The notes under the pieces were generated by a model. It saw only the letters and a list, made by a program, of their open reading frames with translations. It was not told where the DNA came from and made no database searches. A program made the translations under genes and the position numbers. This document shows positions 60,038 to 64,000 of a stretch of DNA of 64,000 bases, in pieces; the stretch's first letter is position 1, and every line of letters starts with the position of its first letter. The DNA comes from an uncultured Gammaproteobacteria bacterium (GTDB taxonomy: Bacteria > Patescibacteriota > Microgenomatia > CAZETR01 > Amesbacteraceae): the NCBI GenBank assembly GCA_964518565.1, contig CAZFGX010000001.1, forward strand, positions 11,046-75,045, written 5' to 3'.

Positions 60038-60060
60038 AAATGTGCGAGATAATTATATAA

Positions 60061-60086
60061 TAAAAAAGCCCAATAGTAAATTGGGC
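60061..60086 (-). terminator. Rho-independent terminator downstream of tuf (minus strand)
   Basis: Minus strand GCCCAAT-TTACT-ATTGGGC followed by TTTTTT; lies between tuf stop and rpsJ start. Confidence 0.6.
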
Positions 60087-60113
60087 GAGAAAAACAACCA
60101 AAAATAACCGCTA

Positions 60114-61292
60114 TTAAGCGATTATTTTTGTTACGACTCCAGCTCCGACAGTCTTTCCACCTTCGCGGATTGCGAATCGGAGACCTTCTTCTAGAGCTAC
60201 AGGAACGATCAATTTTACTTTCATTTTGGCGTTGTCGCCTGGCATGACCATTTCTACCCCTGGGTTCAAAGTTACTTCACCAGTTACGTCTGTAGTTCGG
60301 ATGTAGAACTGTGGACGATATCCAGAGAAGAATGAAGTGTGACGTCCGCCTTCTTCTTTCTTAAGAATATAGACTTCAGCTTCGAATTCTACGTGAGGGG
60401 TGACAGATCCTGGCTTTACCAAGACTTGACCACGTTCCACGTCATCTTTTTCTACACCGCGTAGCAAGATTCCGACGTTGTCTCCAGCTTGACCTTCATC
60501 CAACAATTTTCGGAACATTTCTACACCAGTCACCACAGATTGTTTAGTAGCTTTGATACCGACTATTTCAATAGGATCGTTTACTTTGATCTTGCCACGT
60601 TCTACACGACCAGTCACCACAGTTCCACGACCTTTGATAGAGAATACATCCTCTACAGGCATTAAGAATGGCTTGTCGAGTTCTCGCACTGGATCTGGAA
60701 CATAAGAATCTACTTTTTCCATCAATTCATAAATCTTTTCTTCCCATTTTGCATCTCCTTCAGCGGCCTTGAGTGCTGATCCTCGGATAAATGGTACTTC
60801 ATCGCCTTTGTAACCATATTTGGTCAACAATTCACGAACTTCCATTTCGACTAAGTCAATAAGACCTTCGTCATCCACCATGTCACATTTATTCAAAAAT
60901 ACGACGATTGCTGGAACATTCACCTGTTTTGCCAAAAGAATATGTTCTCGAGTTTGTGGCATTGGTCCATCAACTGCTGAAACTACCAAGATAGCTCCAT
61001 CCATTTGAGCAGCACCAGTGATCATGTTTTTGATGTAGTCAGCGTGACCTGGAGCATCGATGTGTGCGTAATGTCGCTTTTCTGTTTCGTATTCTTGATG
61101 TGAAAGATTGATCGTGACTCCACGTGCTCGTTCTTCAGGTGCTGAATCAATGTCTCCGTAAGCTTTTGCTACTGCCCATCCCTTTTTGGCCAAAACCGTA
61201 GTGATAGCCGAAGTCAAAGTAGTTTTACCATGATCGACGTGACCAATGGTTCCAATGTTGACGTGTGGTTTATTTCGTTGAAATGTTGCCAT
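60114..61292 (-). CDS. tuf: Elongation factor Tu
   Basis: …[24 protein letters not shown]…, [12 protein letters not shown]. Confidence 0.98.
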   Translation of the reverse strand: MATFQRNKPHVNIGTIGHVDHGKTTLTSAITTVLAKKGWAVAKAYGDIDSAPEERARGVTINLSHQEYETEKRHYAHIDAPGHADYIKNMITGAAQMDGAILVVSAVDGPMPQTREHILLAKQVNVPAIVVFLNKCDMVDDEGLIDLVEMEVRELLTKYGYKGDEVPFIRGSALKAAEGDAKWEEKIYELMEKVDSYVPDPVRELDKPFLMPVEDVFSIKGRGTVVTGRVERGKIKVNDPIEIVGIKATKQSVVTGVEMFRKLLDEGQAGDNVGILLRGVEKDDVERGQVLVKPGSVTPHVEFEAEVYILKKEEGGRHTSFFSGYRPQFYIRTTDVTGEVTLNPGVEMVMPGDNAKMKVKLIVPVALEEGLRFAIREGGKTVGAGVVTKIIA

Positions 61293-61303
61293 GTGTTTTT
61301 GCG

Positions 61304-61329
61304 AAAAAAAAGTTCGGTAATATCGAACT
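61304..61329 (-). promoter_or_regulatory. Terminator-like hairpin plus U-tract 11 nt upstream of tuf start codon (minus strand)
   Basis: Minus strand GTTCG-ATATTAC-CGAAC followed by 8 T then 11 nt then tuf ATG. Confidence 0.4.
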
Positions 61330-61373
61330 CGTTGAATAATAGCAAAGGAAAATTATCTATGCAAGAGGGAAAA

Positions 61374-61904
61374 TTAGCCTAATTTTTCTTCCCAAAACTC
61401 CTTCATCGTCAAAAGAGAATTCTTCCCAAAACTCTCTCCGTTCGACACCATTTGTTCTACATCGTGTTGATTAACTAATCGTACCTGCTGCACTTCATCA
61501 CGATTAATTCGAATATGCTGCCCGCCATACTCTCCTATATAGAGGTAGCGAAATCGCCAGCTGCCACCTGATTCACCATTAGATTTACGAATAAATCGCA
61601 GTGGTACCTCAAACCCTAGCTCTTCCATCAATTCCTTTTTTGCCGCCTCCGCTGGTTCCATGTGTGCCGGTACATGACCGCCAATAGACAGACTCCAGCC
61701 TCCTGGATTATGTTTTTTCTTTCGACTCCGCTGTTGTACCAATATCCGTTTGTTTGCATCGTGCAGTAATACCGCTACGCCGCGATGCAATAGCCGCTTT
61801 TTGTGAATCTCTTGCCGAGTCGCCTGGCCAATAACTTGATCTTGATCATTCACCACATCCAACAATTCCTCAGGATTGTTCGCCCTATCTACATGCATAC
61901 CCAA
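61374..61904 (-). CDS. NUDIX hydrolase (paralog A)
   Basis: Nudix box GGHVPAHMEPAEAAKKELMEELG; paralogous to the Nudix gene at 63352-63885 along the whole length. Confidence 0.85.
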   Translation of the reverse strand: MGMHVDRANNPEELLDVVNDQDQVIGQATRQEIHKKRLLHRGVAVLLHDANKRILVQQRSRKKKHNPGGWSLSIGGHVPAHMEPAEAAKKELMEELGFEVPLRFIRKSNGESGGSWRFRYLYIGEYGGQHIRINRDEVQQVRLVNQHDVEQMVSNGESFGKNSLLTMKEFWEEKLG

Positions 61905-61933
61905 TTATACCAAAAATAAATTAGCCTATAACT

Positions 61934-61962
61934 TTGATAATACCCTCAATTTCGACTATAAT
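61934..61962 (+). promoter_or_regulatory. Consensus-like sigma70 promoter TTGATA-N17-TATAAT upstream of unknown two-gene cassette
   Basis: -35 TTGATA at 61934-61939, 17-nt spacer, -10 TATAAT at 61957-61962; AAGGAG Shine-Dalgarno 8 nt before ATG 62042. Confidence 0.55.
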
Positions 61963-62041
61963 TCGCTCTAGCGGAAAGGTAACAATCGCGTTCCAATCCG
62001 AAAAAATCGTACCTTGAAATTGTGGATAAAGGAGTACCTGT

Positions 62042-62656
62042 ATGAATCCGAAAACAATAAATGCATACCAAGTGTTCTCAGCCTTGCATGAAATCGAACG
62101 ATTACATGAGTATATAGACGTAGCCTATCTCCAATGTGGACATCGCCATCTTCAATCTTTGAAGTGCCTATGTCTAATCATGGGTGATCGTGTAGCTTCA
62201 AGGCTCCGAGTAAATAATGGATACCCTAGTGGCGAAACTGCTGGACTTTTAAGAATGGCGTTTGAATCTCTGCTTGCGAACAACAACCCATTTGAGGTCT
62301 GTCTTAATAATAGACCAGTGCGAAGCCTAGACTACATTTCACCCTTCACCAAATTTTATGTTCCTGAAGAGCAAACTGCAAAAAAGCTCGAACTGTTACC
62401 AACAACCACATCCGGTTTTGGTCAATACAAAGTGCTATCCATGAGCTTAAAAAAGTTCTCTGCCTGCTTGTCTTCTGCAGCGGCCAAAAGTGCCAACACG
62501 CATAAAACAGTCAGAGACGCTGCTGTATCAGCAGTACAAATGCTCGAGATCATGCAAATATTTCTTGACTATTCGACGCAGAAAACCACTCTGCCGCTTA
62601 CCGACCTAGCCAGAAAAATCAATCACGAGTTTAAAGATTGCTACATTACGATCTAG
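62042..62656 (+). CDS. Hypothetical protein (204 aa), no recognisable domain
   Basis: Strong SD AAGGAG; soluble; cysteine trio QCGHRHLQSLKCLC; by-eye distant similarity to downstream ORF. Confidence 0.6.
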   Translation: MNPKTINAYQVFSALHEIERLHEYIDVAYLQCGHRHLQSLKCLCLIMGDRVASRLRVNNGYPSGETAGLLRMAFESLLANNNPFEVCLNNRPVRSLDYISPFTKFYVPEEQTAKKLELLPTTTSGFGQYKVLSMSLKKFSACLSSAAAKSANTHKTVRDAAVSAVQMLEIMQIFLDYSTQKTTLPLTDLARKINHEFKDCYITI

Positions 62657-62690
62657 CTAGAAGGGAAATATTCCCAAGGAGTTCAAAATC

Positions 62691-63308
62691 TTGGACACAA
62701 AAAAGTTTGAATGGACCCCGGCAGAGTTTTCTGCCTCTCTCAACTGTCTGAATAATTTGCATCGGATGATCACTCCTCCAGTTCGGGTTGGTGACCCGTC
62801 GCAAATTACAACTTCTGTCATCAATCTGCTTGAAACTTGTCAGATTATGATTCGTTTTGAGTTGGAAAAGAGATCGACCCTAATTCCAGCTCTGATAGCG
62901 CCTCGTGTAGCCTTGGCTCTTGATCCATATGGCCTTCCGGTATTTTGGAACAAAATCCAAATCACCAAAACTATCCCGATCACGAAAGTGGAGATCTCTC
63001 CCACACTAAGCAATGTTGCCGTCGCCCAAATGCTTGATGTCAGCAGCTTGCCAACAGGTATTATCGACTACAAACAGCTCGACGGCGTTTTGAACCAGTT
63101 TCAATATGTCTTCACCTGTGTTGCGGCTCAGACCAGAGGTAGCCAAGAGTTGGTCAAGTACACAGCAGAACGAGTCGAATATCTCTTCCGTGGCATGATT
63201 CACATGGTTCACGAAAAAGTGCACCGCAATAAAACAGACCCTAGGTATTTAGCCGAAAAAATCGGAGTAGGTATAAATAAGTATGGTCTCAAACTAACTT
63301 CAGATTAA
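62691..63308 (+). CDS. Hypothetical protein (205 aa), distant tandem paralog of upstream ORF; TTG start
   Basis: AAGGAG 9 nt upstream of TTG; shared blocks (FSA-L…LH, L-C-IM, …K.T.P..LA.KI) with 62042-62656 protein. Confidence 0.55.
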   Translation: MDTKKFEWTPAEFSASLNCLNNLHRMITPPVRVGDPSQITTSVINLLETCQIMIRFELEKRSTLIPALIAPRVALALDPYGLPVFWNKIQITKTIPITKVEISPTLSNVAVAQMLDVSSLPTGIIDYKQLDGVLNQFQYVFTCVAAQTRGSQELVKYTAERVEYLFRGMIHMVHEKVHRNKTDPRYLAEKIGVGINKYGLKLTSD

Positions 63309-63328
63309 ATCCACAATCTCAAATCACC

Positions 63329-63353
63329 GCCCCGGTCGTCCGGGGCTTTTTTT
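63329..63353 (+). terminator. Rho-independent terminator (possibly bidirectional) after cassette
   Basis: GCCCCGG-TCGT-CCGGGGC followed by TTTTTTT. Confidence 0.8.
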
Positions 63354-63885
63354 ATTCCAAAAGCGTCCCTTGCCAAAATCTCCAGGCTGTCTTAATAGCC
63401 ATGGGATTTGCCTCATGAGGATGGAAAATCTCTGGATGATACTCGTTTGGATGCACAAAGCGAATTTGTTCTATCTCTTCCGGATGTGGCGTAATGACCT
63501 GACCTGAATACTTAAAGGAATAAAAATAGGCAAAACGATGATTGCCATCCTGGCGAACCAAGGTTTTATACAAAAATTCCAGTTCACCACTCAAGCCTAA
63601 TTCTTCAAACAATTCAGTTTTAGCAGCGTTTTCTGGGGTTTCTCCAGATTGGACATGGCCTCCGGCTCCTGAAGTCCAGTGTAGCGGATTTTGCTTTTTG
63701 TTTCGACTCCGTTGCTGAAACAGTATGCGTCGATCTTCGTCGTGTACCAAAATATCCACTTCCCGGTGAAGTAAAAATGGCTCAGCATGCACTAAGTGCC
63801 TGGGAGCCTGAGCAATGACCACGTCTCGGTCGTCGACAATATCTAATAGTTCGTTGGCGTAGTTAATATCCATACAATGATTCAA
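63352..63885 (-). CDS. NUDIX hydrolase (paralog B)
   Basis: Nudix box GGHVQSGETPENAAKTELFEELG; collinear with paralog A. Confidence 0.85.
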   Translation of the reverse strand: MNHCMDINYANELLDIVDDRDVVIAQAPRHLVHAEPFLLHREVDILVHDEDRRILFQQRSRNKKQNPLHWTSGAGGHVQSGETPENAAKTELFEELGLSGELEFLYKTLVRQDGNHRFAYFYSFKYSGQVITPHPEEIEQIRFVHPNEYHPEIFHPHEANPMAIKTAWRFWQGTLLE

Positions 63886-63906
63886 GGAGATCTCTAGAAA
63901 GAAGAT

Positions 63907-64000
63907 CTGGAAGAATTAAGCGTTTCCAGCTATTTTACCACTTTTGGCAATAATTTGCTCAGAAATGTTACGTGGCACTTCGTCATAGTGTGAAGGAATC
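63907..64000 (-). CDS. 3' end of an unidentified CDS truncated by window edge
   Basis: Open frame to window end on minus strand ending …HYDEVPRNISEQIIAKSGKIAGNA-stop; too short to assign. Confidence 0.3.

Noticed and set aside
60038-60060. TATAAT-like box just upstream of rpsJ as S10 operon promoter
   Set aside because: Only about 14 nt from the rpsJ ATG, leaving essentially no 5' UTR; cannot distinguish from AT-rich spacer by eye.
1-64000. CRISPR arrays, rRNA genes, IS elements/transposases, integrases, prophage genes
   Set aside because: No direct-repeat/spacer periodicity, no rRNA-like conserved stretches, and no transposase/integrase motifs were recognised on either strand.

Overview
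The window is dense, mostly tightly coupled bacterial chromosome with many overlapping start/stop codons, about 42% GC by eye. It looks like a reduced-genome, Gram-positive-type lineage. A CPR/Patescibacteria (Saccharibacteria-like) origin is plausible: L30 is absent between rpsE and rplO, several C+ zinc-ribbon r-proteins are present, and the proteins listed below are all envelope-type. This placement is inference only.

Contents in order:
- groEL 3' end and a degenerate DHH protein.
- An M23 peptidase and tRNA-Cys(GCA).
- A PEGA/SH3b surface protein.
- A minus-strand operon DUF62-metG-tatD-GT2(QxxRW)-GT-C-small membrane protein-WecA/MraY-like-UbiA-like, i.e. lipid-linked glycan machinery.
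- A MutT-type Nudix, M32 carboxypeptidase, TrpR-like protein, RmuC, HIT-like protein and RNase HII.
- A UvrD-family helicase fused to a Cas4-like Fe-S nuclease, convergent with a PcrA-FemAB-FemAB operon.
- An LCP protein and four large GT-C-type membrane proteins.
- A methyltransferase, GT4, HAD protein, an FN3 surface protein with a sortase-like C-terminal signal, pilO/pilN, rpsT, murJ, lepB, lepA.
- An NRAMP transporter and a secreted GH clan-A hydrolase.
- The hrcA-grpE-dnaK operon with a CIRCE-like operator.
- A near-complete S10-spc-alpha ribosomal super-operon (tuf through rpsK) with secY-adk-map-infA-rpmJ, lacking rpmD and with a small unknown ORF inserted between rpsJ and rplC.
- A two-gene cassette of distantly paralogous unknown proteins with a consensus sigma70 promoter and an intrinsic terminator, flanked by two paralogous Nudix genes.

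No rRNA, CRISPR array, transposase or integrase was recognised.
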